From the human T2T-CHM13v2.0 reference genome, Homo sapiens: 64,000 nucleotides of DNA. The notes under the pieces were generated by a model. That model was not told the DNA's origin and ran no database searches. It saw nothing but the letters and a program-made list of their open reading frames with translations. The stretch lies in assembly GCF_009914755.1 (NCBI RefSeq), contig NC_060947.1; one strand, 5' to 3'. The translations under genes were made by a program, and so were the position numbers. This document shows, one piece after another, positions 19,857-38,629 of this stretch. How positions within the stretch are numbered: the first letter of the stretch is position 1; each line of letters opens with the position of its first letter.

Positions 19857-20179
19857 CTAGATGAGAGTAGGGCTGCTTTTCCAATGGGGCTGGGGCACAT
19901 CTGAACTGCCTGCCCCTTATCTGCTGGCCTCTCCCAAGGCTGCCTGCCTACCTGCTCCCATAAGAAGGTGCACACAGTACAGCCTCCACTGCCAGTGGCC
20001 TTGGAACAGTTTGCCCCCCACGCCCTCAGTACAACCAGTGCTCAACTCCGAGGAGCCAGGGGACAAAGCTGTGGGCCTGGTCCCACCTCCTCCCACCCCC
20101 AGAGTTTGAGCACATCGCCCAGGGATATGGAGCTGAAATCTATGGCCTGAGCTTGAGCAGGGGAGGAGACCCCACTCTT

Positions 20180-20458
20180 AGAACACCGAGACAAGTGAGG
20201 TGCCAGTTCGTGTCCTGGTACGGGAGCTGAGCACCCCTCCCTCTGTAAGGCAGGTCCCAGAAGGGTGTAGCCTGTTGGCCAGCTGCAGCTTCTGCCTGAG
20301 GGAGCCCCGACGTCCAGAACACTGAGACAAGTGAGGTGCCAGTTCGTGTCCTGGTACGGGAGCTGAGCACCCCTCCCTCTGAAAGGCAGGTCCCAGAAGG
20401 GTGTAGCCTGTTGGCCAGCTGCAGCTTCTGCCTGAGGGAGCCCCGCAGTCCAGAACAC
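20180..20458. repeat. 136-bp tandem duplication (2 copies)
   Basis: Units start at 20180 and 20316; agaacac recurs at 20452; 4 mismatched positions. Confidence 0.95.
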
Positions 20459-21285
20459 AGGCAACAGCCCAGCAATCTGCTCATAGAAGGCTTGGGACAA
20501 ATCTAACCGGTCAGGCCTGCCCCTGGGGTAGAGAGGGGAGGGAGGCCCAGCTTTGGGAGTGTGACCTGGGCGGACCCAACAGCCATCTTCTGGGCAAATG
20601 ACCCTGAGCCACAGGTGCCATGTTAGCCGCACACCTGTGGCACCACTGCCCTGCCCAGGGATCCTCCACCCTTGACTCACTGCTTCACCAGAACATGCCA
20701 AGAACATACAGTGGGGAAAAGACGGTCTCTTCAGTAAATGGTGCTGGCAAAACTGGATATCTGTGTGCAGAAGAATGAAACTAGACCCCTATCTCTTGGC
20801 ATATAAAAAAATCAAATCAAAATGTATTAAAGAATTAAATCTAAGACTTCAAATTTTGAAACTACTAAAAGAGAACATTTGGGGAAACTCTCCAGGACAT
20901 TGGTCTGGGGAAGGATTTCTTGAGTAATATCCCACAAACACAGGCAACCAAAGCAAAAATGGACAAAAGGGATCACATCAAATTAAAAACCTGCATAGCA
21001 AAGGAAACTATCAACAAAGTGAAGAGACAACCCACAGAATGGGAGAAAATGTTTGCAAACTACCCATCTGACAAAGAATTAATAACCAGAATATATAACG
21101 AGCTCAAACAACTCTATAGGGAAAAAAATCTAATAATCTAATTTAAAATGGGCAAAAGATCATAATAGACATTTCTCAAAAAAGACATAAAAATGGCAAA
21201 CAGGTATATGAAAAGGTGTTCAACATCACTGATCATCAGAGAAATGCAAATCAAAGCTATGAGAGAATCATCTCACCCCAGTTAA

Positions 21286-21586
<301 letters not shown>

Positions 21587-22235
21587 CTAAAAAGGCTTTT
21601 TTCCAAAAGACAGGCAATAACAAATGCTGGTGAGGATATGGAGAAAAGGAAACTCTTGTATACTATTGGTGGGAATGTAAATTAATACAACCACTATGGA
21701 AAACAGTTTGGAGTTTCCTCAAAAAAACTAAAAATAGAGCTACCATATGATCCAGCAATCTCACTGCCAGGTATATACCCTAAAGAAAGGAAACCAGTGT
21801 ACTGAAGAGACAACTGCACTCCCATGTTTATTGCAGCACTGTTCACAGTAGCCAAGATTTGGAAGCAATCTAAGTGTCCATCGACAGATGAATGGATAAA
21901 TAAAATGTGGTACAGATACGCAATGGAGTACTATTCAGCAATAAAAAAGAATGAGATCCTGTCATTTGCAACAACATGGGTGGAACTGGAGGTCATTATG
22001 TTAAGTGGAATAAGGCAGGCAAAAAAAGGCAAACTTTGCATGTTCTTATTTGTGAGAGCTAAAAATTAAAACAACTGAACTCATGGAGATAAAGAGTAGA
22101 ATGATGGCTACCAGAGGCTGGAAAGGGTAGTAGGGGCTATGGTTGAAGGGTACAAAAATATAGTTACATAGAATGAATAAGATCTAGTACTTGATAGCAC
22201 AACAGGGTAACTACCATCAACAATAATTTATAGTA

Positions 22236-22527
22236 CTTTTTTTTTTGAGACAGAGTCTCACTCTGTCACCCAGGATGCGATGCAGTGGTGTGATCTCAGC
22301 TCACTGCAACCTCTGCCTCCTGGGTTCAAGAGATTCTCCTGCCTCAACCCCCTGAGTAGCTGGGATTACAGGCACGCGCCAACATGCCTGGCTAATTTTT
22401 GTATTTTTAGTAGAGACGGGGTTTCACCATGTTAGTCAGGCTGGTCTGGAACTCCTGACCTCGTGATCGGCCCGCCTCGGCATCCCAACATGCCGGGATT
22501 ATAGGTGTGAGCCACCGCACCCTGCCC
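22236..22527 (-). mobile_element. AluS element
   Basis: TSD aatttatagtac. Confidence 0.95.
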
Positions 22528-22658
22528 AATTTATAGTACATTTAAAAATAACTAAAAGAGGACAACTAGATTGTTTGTAACATAAATACAAGAGTTGGTG
22601 GATACCCCATTTACCCCGATGTGATTATTACACATTGTATGCCTGTATGAAAACATCT

Positions 22659-22958
22659 CGGCCAAGCACGGTGCCTCACACCTGTAATCCCAGCACTTTG
22701 GGAGGCTCGGTAGGGTGGATTATTTGAAGTCAGGAGATTGAGACCAGCCTGGCCAACATGGTGAAACTCGGTCTCTACAAAAAATATAAAAAATTAGCCA
22801 GGTGTGGTGTCACACAACTGTAATACCAGATACTCGGGAGGCTGAAGCAGAATTGCTTGAACCCAGGAAGCAGAGGTTGCAGTGAGCTGAGATCGTGCCA
22901 CTGCACTCCAGCTTGGGCAACAGAGTAAGACTCCGTCTCAAAAAAAAAAAAGAAAGAA
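22659..22958 (+). mobile_element. AluS element
   Basis: Alu body; TSD aaaa(c/t)atctc. Confidence 0.95.
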
Positions 22959-23204
22959 AATATCTCATGTACCCCATAAATATATATACCTACTATGTGC
23001 CCACAAAAATTAAAAATTAAAAAAAAATTTTAAGCCACACACCCAGACAAGCATTGACATTAGATGAACATTTCAGACATCTCCCAGTGCATAAGAAAAT
23101 ATTAAGTTTTTTGATAGGATGTATCAAAAAACTTGGGCAATACATCAGTACTAGTGGCCAATTTTCTTCTGTGCCTTGGATTGTGTTGTCTTTTACATTT
23201 GGAT

Positions 23205-23460
23205 TTTTAAAACTTTATTATTTTTAATGTCATGGGTACATAATAAGTGTCTATATTTATGGGGTACATGAGATATTTTCATACAGGCATGCGGTGTGTA
23301 ATAATCACATCATGGAAAATGGAGTATCCATCCTCTCAACACGTTCATCCTTTGTGTTGCAAACAAACCTATTGTACCCTTTTAGTTATTTTTAAATGTA
23401 CAAATAAGTTATTATTGACTATAATCACCCTGTTGTGCTATCTAATACTAGATCTTATTC
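23205..23460 (-). mobile_element. L1MA-type 3' end fragment
   Basis: Same 3'UTR motifs as 1375-1810. Confidence 0.8.
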
Positions 23461-24194
23461 TAAATTTGGTTTTAAGCTTGTCTGCATATTATGTTCTTAT
23501 TTTCCTTTTTGCTTTGCTGTGTCTTCATAATAGTCTCTTTCTTTTCAACTTGCTCCTACTTAAATGGGAAGCCCTGTTTAGTCTGCTATTTTCTCTGATA
23601 TAAGGTGGATGCATTCTCCCACACTCCACACTTAGTTTATCTGAAAACTTTTGCCCCCTTCTCAGGACTACATTTTAAGATATGTGTCTAGCTATTTATC
23701 TCACTGTAGCTTAAGGGTTCACAGGGTGTTGGTAGTAGTAGCGGTGGTGAATACTTACTTGGAGGGTCTGGGCCCTACCATTTTCATATTTATGGCATGC
23801 GGTCTTCTTATCTTGTTTTGTTGTAGTTTGGTGTGCATTTTGCTGGCCTTTACCACTTTTCCTTTATTAGGCATTGGAGGAGGGAAATTCTGAGATTTGA
23901 CTTTATACCATCATATCTTTCTCTGGCAGCTGATAGAGTAACTTATACTTCCAATCTAGACTTCTCTTTTGTTCTCTAGGTCCATATAACTAACAGGGTC
24001 ATTAATATCTCTTATGTGGTGGCGATCACTGTCTTTGGCCTACCCAACAAACATATCCTGTCCCACCTTCTCTATTCAGATATTTCACAGGCATCCCCTG
24101 ACTTCGTGGACAAAATTAGAAGTGATCTAAATAAATGATAATGTTCTCAATCTTCTTATTTATTTATTTATTTAGTTAGTTAGTTTTTGCTTGT

Positions 24195-24908
<714 letters not shown>

Positions 24909-25622
24909 TGATTTTGTGTCAATTTGACTGGGCTATGAGGTACCTAGATATCTGATTAAACATTGTTTCTCAGTGTTTATGTGAGGGTGTTTCCAAAAGA
25001 GATTTAGCATTTGCGTTGGTGGACTGAGTAAAATGGAGAGCCCTGCCCAATGTGAGTAGGCATCATCCAATCCACTGAAGGCCTGAATAGAACAAAAATC
25101 CTCACCAGTGGTTTTGGCCTCTCTGCTCCCAGTGGTATTAAGCCTTCCCATCACGGTCTGAGAGGATGACTGATGCTTTGCCCGAGGAAACTGTAATGGT
25201 CTCCTCCAAGATAGTTACCATGCAAGGCAATGCTGATTCTCCTCAAGAACCCACCCCACCACCACCCCTCTTTGCTTCTAGACCTATAACTAGACTCAAG
25301 TCTCAGTGGTCCCTAAAGGTGAAGTACAATGTGTGACCCAAGAAACAGCGTGCTACACTCCAAAAGAACTATCTGAGTTTCCTAATTTATACAGCCGGAA
25401 ATCCAGGGAACATGTATAGGAATGGATAATCACTGAGTGAAATAATGGAAGGAACTTAAAGTTGGATCAGACCAAATTTATTGATAGGGGCTCAGTAAGT
25501 AGAGATTCTGCATTTAATGGTGCATCTCAGGGGGTTAGAAAGGGCTCTAACAATTTGTTTGGTTGGTCGTCTCAAATATGGACAAGAAGATGGCCCACAG
25601 TGAGTGAACTGGAAATTCCTGA

Positions 25623-25940
<318 letters not shown>

Positions 25941-26064
25941 ATGACCTGCCTTAATTTAATGTAAAGGAAGAGATACAAAGATTTAGAGAGACTGGAATGT
26001 TAGAGTGCATTTGTCATTTAAGACCTACTCACCCACACTGTTAGGGTCCAGAAGGCATGCATTT

Positions 26065-27135
26065 CTTTTTTTTCAAACGTTTATTTTAGATTGAGGGGTA
26101 CATGTGCAGGTTTGTTACATAGGTAAACGTGTCATGGGGGTTTGTTGTACAGACTATTTTGTCACCCAGGTACTAAACCTAGTACCTAATAGTTATTTTT
26201 TCTGATCCTCTCCCTCCTCCCACTCTCCATCCTCAAGGAGGCCCCAGTGTGTGTCCTTCTCCTCTTTATGTCCATGTGTTCTTGTCATTTAGCTCCCATT
26301 TATCAGTGACAACATGTAGTATTTGGTTTTCTGTTTCTGCATTAGTTTGCTAAGGATAATGGCCTCCAGCCCACTTCATGTTTCCACAAAAACATGATCT
26401 CATTCTTTTTTATGGCTGCCTAGTATTCCATGGTATATATGTACCACATTTTCTTTATCCAGTCTACCATTGATGGGCATTTAGGTTGATTCCACGTCTT
26501 TGCTATTGTGAATAGTGCTGCAATGAACATATGTATGCATGTGTCTTTATGGTAGAACAATTTATATTCCTTTGGGTATATATCCAGTAATGGGATCGCT
26601 GGGTCAAATGATAGTTCTGTTTTTAACTCTTTGAGGAATCACCACTCTGCTTTCCACAATGGTTGAACTAATTTACACTCCCACCAACAGTGTATACGTG
26701 TTCCCTTTTCTCTGCAACCTCACCAGCATCTGTTATTTTTTGATTTTTTAATAATAGCCATTCTGGGCCAGGCACTGTGGCTCATGCCTGTAATCCCAGC
26801 CCTTTGAAAGGCCAAGGTGGGTGGATTACCTGAGGTTAAGAATTTGAGACCAGCCTGGCCAACATGGCGAAATTCCATCTCTACTAAAAATACGAAAAGT
26901 TAACCGAGCATGGTGGCGGGCACCTGTAATCCCAGCTACTTGGGAAGCTGAGGCAGGAGAATTGCTTGAACCCAGGAGGCAGAAGTTGCAGGGATCACGC
27001 CATTGCACTCCAGCCTAGGCGACAGAGCAAGACTCTGTCTCAAAAAAAAAAAAAAAAAAGCCATTCTGACTGGTGTGAAATGTTATCTAATTGTGGTTTT
27101 GGTTTGCATTTCTTTAATGATCAGTGATAGTCAGC
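26065..27135 (-). mobile_element. 5'-truncated older L1PA inside HERVL; contains an AluS at 26766-27059 (+)
   Basis: L1PA 3'UTR and ORF2 end; catgcattt on both flanks. Confidence 0.88.
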
Positions 27136-28326
27136 TTTTTGTCATAAGCTTTTTGGACACAAGGACATGCATTTTACCAATACTGTGAGAAATAAATTTG
27201 TGAGGAAGGGCCCAGCATTCGAAGGGCTCTGTGATTATTTTCTCTGTAGGCCAGACCTTACAGTGAGAGCCACAGCTGTTCAATTGGGAGACTTGAATGC
27301 AACGGAGTAACTGGATCCCAAATTGGCAGGGACCAAGTGGCAGCACTCAACCACGAAAGGCAAGATGGGTGCAGTTACCATAATGGACAGCAGAGTCAGA
27401 GCAGCAATCAGAATAGTCTGACTCCCACAGACCTATGGCATTGGATAGTTCATCATGGTATTCCTAAAAAGTGAAACAGATAGGAAACCTACTAAATTCT
27501 TACTTGATATGTATAATCAGAAATGTTCTATGCTGGGGTGACAAAAATCCAACCTGAATCATAAGAACAGAGAGAGCATCATTGTCTCTCAATTGATTCC
27601 TAGAGTTGAGCCAGGTTACAAGCCAAGAACCCCTTTAATGAAGGAGAGGCTGCGTCCTCTTGAGGAAAGACCCCAGCACACTATCAAAAAGTAATAGTGC
27701 AGTCTTTATCTAACCCTTCCTCAAAAGACCTACAGCCTTTTACATGGGTAATTGTGCATTGATGAAAACGAAAACTCAGGACTATCAGGGGCTAAGGACA
27801 CTGGCTCTGAACTGACACTAATCCAGGAGGCCCAAAACATCACTGTGGCCCTCCACAGTGGGGCATATGCTGGTGAGGTGATCAGTGGAGTTGTAGCTCA
27901 AGTCTGTCTCCTGGTGGGCTCAGTGGGTCTGTGAACACATGCAGTGGTTATTACCCAAGTTATGGAATGCATAATTGGAATACACATCAGCAGGCAGAAT
28001 CCCCACATTGGTTCCCTGATATGTGGAGCTAGGGATATTATGGTGGGAAGAAACCAAGTGAAAGCCACTAGAACTGCCTTCACTTAGGAAAATAATAAAT
28101 GGCGTATTTTCTTCTTGAACAAAATGACAACGTTTCAAAAGAAGAAAATCCTTTCCCTCTTTTTCCCGTCTTCCTGCCTTGGACTTGGATGTGTTGATCA
28201 ACATTTGTGATCATGAAGAAAAAGTCAAGAAAATTATGGAGATGTCAGAATTGACATTTTAAATCACTGAACCAACTCCAACAACCACCTTCATCTAGAC
28301 TTTTTTTTCATAAAACTTTAAGCCCC

Positions 28327-28703
<377 letters not shown>

Positions 28704-28719
28704 TTACTGACTGAGACAC

Positions 28720-29540
28720 ATTTATTTCACATGTGTCACAGTGAACATAAGTGAACTCATGATCCTCTCCACTAAACTTGATTCTCTTCCAGTCTCTCCC
28801 ATCTCAGTAAATTGTACAACATCCACCCACTCGCCTATGTGAAAAACACGAGTTTCCTTGCATTCCTCTCCCTGCACAAACACATCCCAACATTCTATTA
28901 CCACACATTGTCAATTCTGTCTTTTCACCATCTCTTAAATCTGTCCATATCTGCTGCCCCTTCTCCAATCCAAGTCACCAGTCGTCGCATGGACTATTGA
29001 AAAATAGTCCTGGCCACATCTCCTCTGGCCCATCTCTGATACATTCTTCAAAAGCAGCGGTAGTAATGTTTTACAGAAAACCTTTCTGATCATGTCTGTC
29101 CTCTTGCTTAAAATTCTCTAATGGCTTCCCATACTTGGTAATTAAGTCCAAACTCTTTACAAGGCTTGTAAGACCTTACATGATGTCAACCTTACCTACC
29201 TCTCTAGCTTCCAGTCAACTTCGGTCCTCCTCAATCTCTACACTGGCAATACTGACTTTCCTTTACTTTCTCAACCACTTAAACTCCTTTAAGTTCCCTG
29301 TTTTGTTGCCTGGTATACTTTTCTCCCAATCTTTGACTCAGTAACTCTTCCTCATCACTTGGGTCGCAGCTTAAACATCATATTCTTAGTATGTCTTCCA
29401 TGGAGTCCTGCAACTAGGTTAAATCCTTCACTGAATCCCACTACGGCACCATGTTCACTTTAAGCACATGTAACTTCTAATTACTGACTGTTTTTCTGCT
29501 GGACTGTAAGCTCCAGAGCACAGGCACCATGTCTGTCTTA
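28720..29540 (+). mobile_element. L2 3' relic (paralog at about 58120-58930, minus)
   Basis: ccatctcagtaaat, ggactgtaagctcc...catgtctgtctt L2 3' motifs. Confidence 0.7.
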
Positions 29541-29926
29541 AAACAAAGCCCCTCATCTTCCCATCATTAAAATGTTAAATCTATGTTACTTCTAACCCAA
29601 CTTCCTCCTCTGGTTACAAGGGAGAAAACATTTCTCCTCTGATCCCTTCACGTGCACTTTGATTTCCATCCCACCTCAAGTACTTTGAGCCTTTGACTCC
29701 CTGCCTCCAAATACACGGTTTTCAGAATCATTCATTTCTTCCTCCCCTCAACATCATTAACATAAGCATTTAAGCTTATTCTAGTAGATCTCATTTTAAA
29801 AACCCAAAACATTGTTTACATCAACAAACATGAAAAAAAGAGGAACAGGAAAAGAAGGCACAGGAATGAAAACCAAAACCAAGAACGAAAACAAAACAAG
29901 AAAACCCAAAATAAAAAAGCAACCTC

Positions 29927-30228
29927 GGCTGGGCGCGGTGGCTCACGCCTATAATCCCAGCACTTTGGGAGGCAGAGGCGGGTGGATCACGAGGTCAGGA
30001 GATCGAGACCATCCTGGCTAACACGGTGAAACCCTGTCTCTACTAAAAAAAAAATACAAAAAATTAGCTGGGCCTGGTGGTGGGCACCTGTAGTCCCAGC
30101 TACTCAGGAGGCTGAGACAGGAGAATGGCGTGACCCGGGAGGCGGAGCTTGCAGTGAGCCGAGATCGCGCCACTGCACTCCAGCCTGGGCGACAGAGTGA
30201 GACTCGGTCTCAAAAAAAAAAAAAAAAG
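29927..30228 (+). mobile_element. AluY element (left arm only)
   Basis: gagatcgagaccatcc diagnostics; TSD aagcaacctc. Confidence 0.96.
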
Positions 30229-30357
30229 AAGCAACCTCACTGGACTCTACCTCTTCCTTCTGCTACTGTGATATCTGTGATATTTTTCTACTCTAGACAA
30301 TTTCACACTAAAGAGATGAGCAAATTTTTTCACATTTACAAAAGAATGAGTGATCCC

Positions 30358-30683
30358 TGGTCCAGTGGTTCACACCTGTAATCCCACCACTTTGGAAGGC
30401 CAAGGCGGGCGGATCTCCCAAGGTCAGGAGTTCGAGACCAGCCTGGCCAACATGGTGAATCCCGTCTCTACTAAACATACAAAAATTAGCTGGGCGTGGT
30501 GGCGGACTCCTTGTAATTCCAGCTACTCGGGGGGCTGAGGCAGGATAATCACTTGAACCTGGGAGTGGAGATTGCAGTTAGCCCAGATCGGGCCACCGCA
30601 CCCCAGCCTGGGCAACAGAGTGAGAGCGAGACTTCATCTCAAAAAAAAAAAAAAAGAAAAGAAAAGAAAGAAAGAAAAAAGAA
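30358..30683 (+). mobile_element. AluS element shared by both arms (paralog 57378-57680)
   Basis: Same flanks and shared variants ggttca, cccaccact. Confidence 0.92.
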
Positions 30684-30839
30684 AATACTGAGTGTTAATG
30701 AGAATGTGGAGCAAAGGCATAATCACTTGAGAGAGTAGAATTTAGATAAGTAAGTATTTGGAAATTTTGAGTCAAATCAAAGATGCCAGTAATCTAGGTC
30801 CAAGAATTCCACTTTTAGGTGTATATGAGAACATTTTTT

Positions 30840-31110
30840 AATTGCTGGCTATGACACTATAGTGGATGTGTTGTGGAGTTACTTTAGTGGGTGTGACGAC
30901 ATTAAACAAGTGAACTGGAAGAAAATAGAATAGAAAATACCCGATTGCACTGCATGCAGTTAGGGTGAGTATTGTTTTATGAAAATGTTATTTCACTGGC
31001 ATATACGTGTGTGCTTACATGCATGCAGGCATGCATGCTTGTGTTCTCCAGGGCACAACACAAAATACATTTCTTCCTGGGGTTTCTGTCAGAAAAGTTT
31101 GCAAAACACT
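30840..31110. mobile_element. Possible ancient hAT-type DNA transposon relic (paralog about 56950-57220)
   Basis: tttagtgggt...aaatagaatagaaaata...gggtgagtattgttt resembles a Charlie-group MITE; family not certain. Confidence 0.4.
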
Positions 31111-31125
31111 CTTCCAGGGACTCTC

Positions 31126-33230
<2,105 letters not shown>

Positions 33231-33799
33231 TGAAAATGCTTGAGTTTTAATCCATATTTTGTGTTGATGATTAAGGGAGTTCATTACTTTCTTCCTTAAA
33301 ATTAATTAGTGAGGTCGGATGCAAGCACCATGACCTATGGTGCTTGAATCCTTCATGCTTTCTTCACATCGCCTGGCAGAAGTTATGTGATCATTTAAAG
33401 CTTGTGTACCATAGACATTTTTTCCAGGTGCTCAGAAGCAAAAACTTAGTGATTTTACCTCTATACTCCTGTTATATGAATAGGAGGTTTACTGTCTCCT
33501 GTCCCAAATCAACCAGATAAGAAATTCCAAATTTCCTGGAAGTCATTGCCTGAATCCTACTTCCTGATACTATTTCCTGTGTCACCCAGGATTGTTGAAT
33601 ATGAACAACATAAACTGACTCTGGGCAACTCAAGCGAAAGGGAGTTTATTGAAAGTATGTGTTGGTACTGGGTGGGGCTGTGTGTGTCTTAAGGAATCAA
33701 CAAGAGAAGAGTGGATTAGGCTTGGGAATGAGGAGAAAGTAAGTGAAATGAGGATAGAGGGAAGCAGTGACCTTGTAATTTCAGGAAAAGCCCAGTGAA

Positions 33800-34170
33800 C
33801 ACACTGCTTTGGTGTTGATGAATCTTCAATCTTTCCTTTTCTCATTACCTCACTTGCTGATCCATAGACCTGAGATTGAACATGTAATTTGACCAGCAGG
33901 AAATAGATGACTGCAGTATTACAGTCCCACTTAGGGGTGGTTCTGAAAGACACTTGAGAAAGGAATTCCTCTCAAGGGGCAAAACTTCAGTTATTATATC
34001 TGATTTTTTATTTTGCCTAGAAGGTGAGATGGTCACAGGTAAGATCTGTACTGAGTAATGCTTAGCACTAATTGTTTGGTCAGTTTGTCAAGGACATGGA
34101 AGGATCAAGATTGCAGGATTTAAGACAAGGAGAGCCGGGCAAGAGATATGTGAAAGTGCATGTAGAAAAT
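33800..34170 (+). mobile_element. ERVL-type pol (RNase H region) relic
   Basis: ctgaaagacac...ggaattcctctcaaggggcaaaacttcag resembles ERVL pol. Confidence 0.5.
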
Positions 34171-34229
34171 GTCACAGAGTGTCTACATTCTTCAACTTCT
34201 GTCATAGCAAATTGTGTATATGTGATTAA

Positions 34230-34615
34230 GTTCTGTGTACACGAGATCAAGAAGGATATAGCACTTCTGGGAAGTGATTTTAAAGGGAGGCCCCACATAG
34301 TTCTACCCTTCCTCATTCCTGCTAGTTAAATGTTGGTGAGATGGTTAGAGTTCCAAGTGCCATCTTAAGCATGAGGAAGAGAGCCACATTGTAGGGATGG
34401 CAGAGCCAAGAGCCAGAGAGAAGCTGGTCCCTGATGGGTTCACGGAACCCCAACCCCATCCTGGACTGATTACCTCCAGATTTATTTTATGTCAGATGGG
34501 AGTCAGCTTCTGTTTTCTTAAACAAGTGTGTGTGTGCTGTGTGTATGTATGTGTGTGTGTATGTGTGTGTGTGTGTGTTTCATACACCTGAACCTGATCT
34601 TAATTGATATGTCAG
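34230..34615. mobile_element. MLT1-type LTR relic with TG microsatellite (34525-34578)
   Basis: gccatctt...catgagg...gatggcagagc motifs. Confidence 0.55.
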
Positions 34616-34710
34616 AAAAAATTCAGGGGCAGAAATGAAACGAATCAGTTGAGGGCTGGGCATAGTGTGGAAATGGAGTATGGGAAGCTCCTGATGAATT
34701 GAGGTGATAG

Positions 34711-35175
<465 letters not shown>

Positions 35176-35733
35176 TAAACGATCAAATTATAAGAAATGC
35201 AAAGATGCTGGGAGATCTCAAGAACAATAGAACCAGAGATTGAAATGCTGTGAGGACTCAAAGTTCTTGGGGTCAAGCAACAAAACCTTATGCTAGCTAA
35301 TTAGAACACAAAAGGAATTTATTGCAAGAATACTGTAACTTACAGATCCAGCTTCTGGCTTTTAGTAGTATGAAGAAATAGTAGCAAAAGCCTCCTAGAT
35401 TCCAGATACTTTACACATGTAAGTGGTTTCTTGAATGGAATGAACTCAATGGGGACACAGTGGGAAATCCTCTTACATTTTTCTCACTTTTGCCTTTAAA
35501 TACATTCTACAATATATACTTCTCTGCCTCTTGGCAGCATCTCATGTTGATACCACAATTTCCTATCACTTTCATAAAAAATAAGTCTCATTTTCAGATA
35601 CAGTATTTGAAAAATCCACACAAACTACTCAGAATTTTTTTTAAGTGTAGTCCATTCTAAGTAAAGGCTTCAGCTTCTCATCAATTTAAATCATCTTCTT
35701 TTCCATCATTCAGTTCAGGCTGAAGGTCCCTAG

Positions 35734-36250
<517 letters not shown>

Positions 36251-36379
36251 TGAACATTAGCACCCTGGGCTGCAGCAGGAGTCCAGATGCTGGCTCCTTC
36301 TTACAGGCTGCATTTTTGGTACCTCAGAGTCACTCTGTGGGGACCTCTGCACTGCCACATTCCCCCAAGCAGGTGATAC

Positions 36380-37132
36380 TGAGGACTGAGTTCTGATTTT
36401 TTATCTTGCCCAAATTTTTATCTAAGGGGTCTGGGAGTCATGCCCTACAAACTATAAATTCTCATCAGATGGGTTTTATTTGACCCTATTGTGACTTACT
36501 TTTCAATCTGAGTCTGGCATAATATTATGAGACAAGGAAAAAAATATTTAACCCCAAAAATATATTTCCTTGTCATACCTTGAAATTGCCCTGCAAAGTC
36601 TTTTGTGGGAAAAACCCACATTCTAATAGAGAATCCCCTTCCCCCTTTGTTTTCCTTTTTTTTCCTTCCCAGATCCAGGAGATAATCAACTAAGAGCCAG
36701 GCACCCTTTTAATCCAATAAAAAAACAATTTACAACCGACTCTCTCTAAAGTCAGCTATCTAAGAGCTTCCTCTGCACAATAAAACTTGGTCTCCATAAT
36801 CCTTTATCTTTAACCTGAACAATCCTTTCTATGGATCCCTGATCTTTAAACAAACTCAACCAATTGTCAACCAGAAAACGTTTAAATTTACCTATAGCCT
36901 GGAAGCCCCCGCTTTGAGTTTTCCTGCCTTTCTAAAGCAAACCAATGTATTTCTTAATGTATTTGATGTCTCATGCCTCCCTAAAATATATAAAACCAAG
37001 CTGTAACCCAACCACCTTGGGCGCATGTTCTCAGGGCCTCCTGAGGGCTGCGTCACGGGCCATGGTCACTCATATTTGGCTCAGAATAAATCTCTTCAAA
37101 TATTTTACAGAGTTTGACTCTTTTCGTCAACA
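36380..37132 (+). mobile_element. Solo LTR, MER4-group (MER4D/E-like)
   Basis: TG...CA termini; 4-bp TSD atac; AATAAA at about 37085. Confidence 0.88.
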
Positions 37133-37569
37133 ATACTCTTTTCAACTGTTCTCTCCTCTCCCCACCCACCTTCTTGTTCCTTCTCCCCTTGCAATTCACT
37201 GCCTCTTTCTTCTGGTTCTCTGTCACCCTGGCAGGCCATCTTCTTGGATGAGATCCTTTCCAGAGGACTGCATGCTCAGCTACCTCCTAGACAGCCAGGT
37301 TTCCCAGGCAATTCTTCATGCAGGCCCCAGTTTCTGTCTTTACATACACCCCCAAATCCTGAGATCACATATCAAGAATTGTCTCATGTTTGGCTCTGGA
37401 AGAAACATGCCACAGACTTCCATGTTTCTGCAGCTCAGGGAAAGCCCTGCCCATTATTCTTTCTGAACAACAACCCCAAACTGTGAGCGTTTCTCTTGGG
37501 GTGGCCCACACTAGGTTTAGGTTGGGAAGGCCAAAGTGCTCATTGTGCCTACAAATTCCCTTCATGTAA

Positions 37570-38113
<544 letters not shown>

Positions 38114-38129
38114 TAACAATCTCTCCCCC

Positions 38130-38490
38130 ACAGTCTCCTGGCTCCTGCCGCACTAGCCTCCTTGCTGGTTCTTGCACAGGATAGGCATGCTTCTGCCTCA
38201 GATGCTTTGCATCCGTCTGTGTTTCCCTGTTCCTGGAATGCTCTTGCCCCTCTTATCTGCCTGACTCACTCCCTCAGCTCCCTCTGTTTATTCACATGTC
38301 ACCTTCTCAGTGAGGCATGCCCTTCCCACCCTATTTAATGTTGCAATCCGGGCATGCCAGCATGCCTGGTTGCCTTTCCCAGCTTTATTTTTTCCATAGC
38401 ACTGACCACCCTAGACTTTTCGCAGATTTTACAAATTTCTTTGCTTTGTTGTCTGTGTCCTCCACTAAAATATGAGCAAAAGTGTGTCTG
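38130..38490 (+). mobile_element. L2 3' relic
   Basis: cctggaatgctcttgccc...atgtcaccttctcagtgagg. Confidence 0.7.
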
Positions 38491-38629
38491 GCAGCTCCTC
38501 TTTAGAATGTGGAAGTTTTGTCATACTTATTTCAGACTTGAGCCTTTAGCAAAAATTTGAAGACACTAGGAAAAGTATATCACACACAGACACACACACA
38601 CACACCTCCTGAATTTAGGAGAAAACCAA

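Noticed and set aside
20042-20707. 221-aa ORF with internal repeat
   Set aside because: Antisense to an L1 5'UTR; the repeat simply reflects the 136-bp duplication.
29135-29344. 69-aa ORF duplicated almost identically at 58313-58522
   Set aside because: Non-ATG start within L2 relic; identity is explained by the DNA-level homogenised tract.
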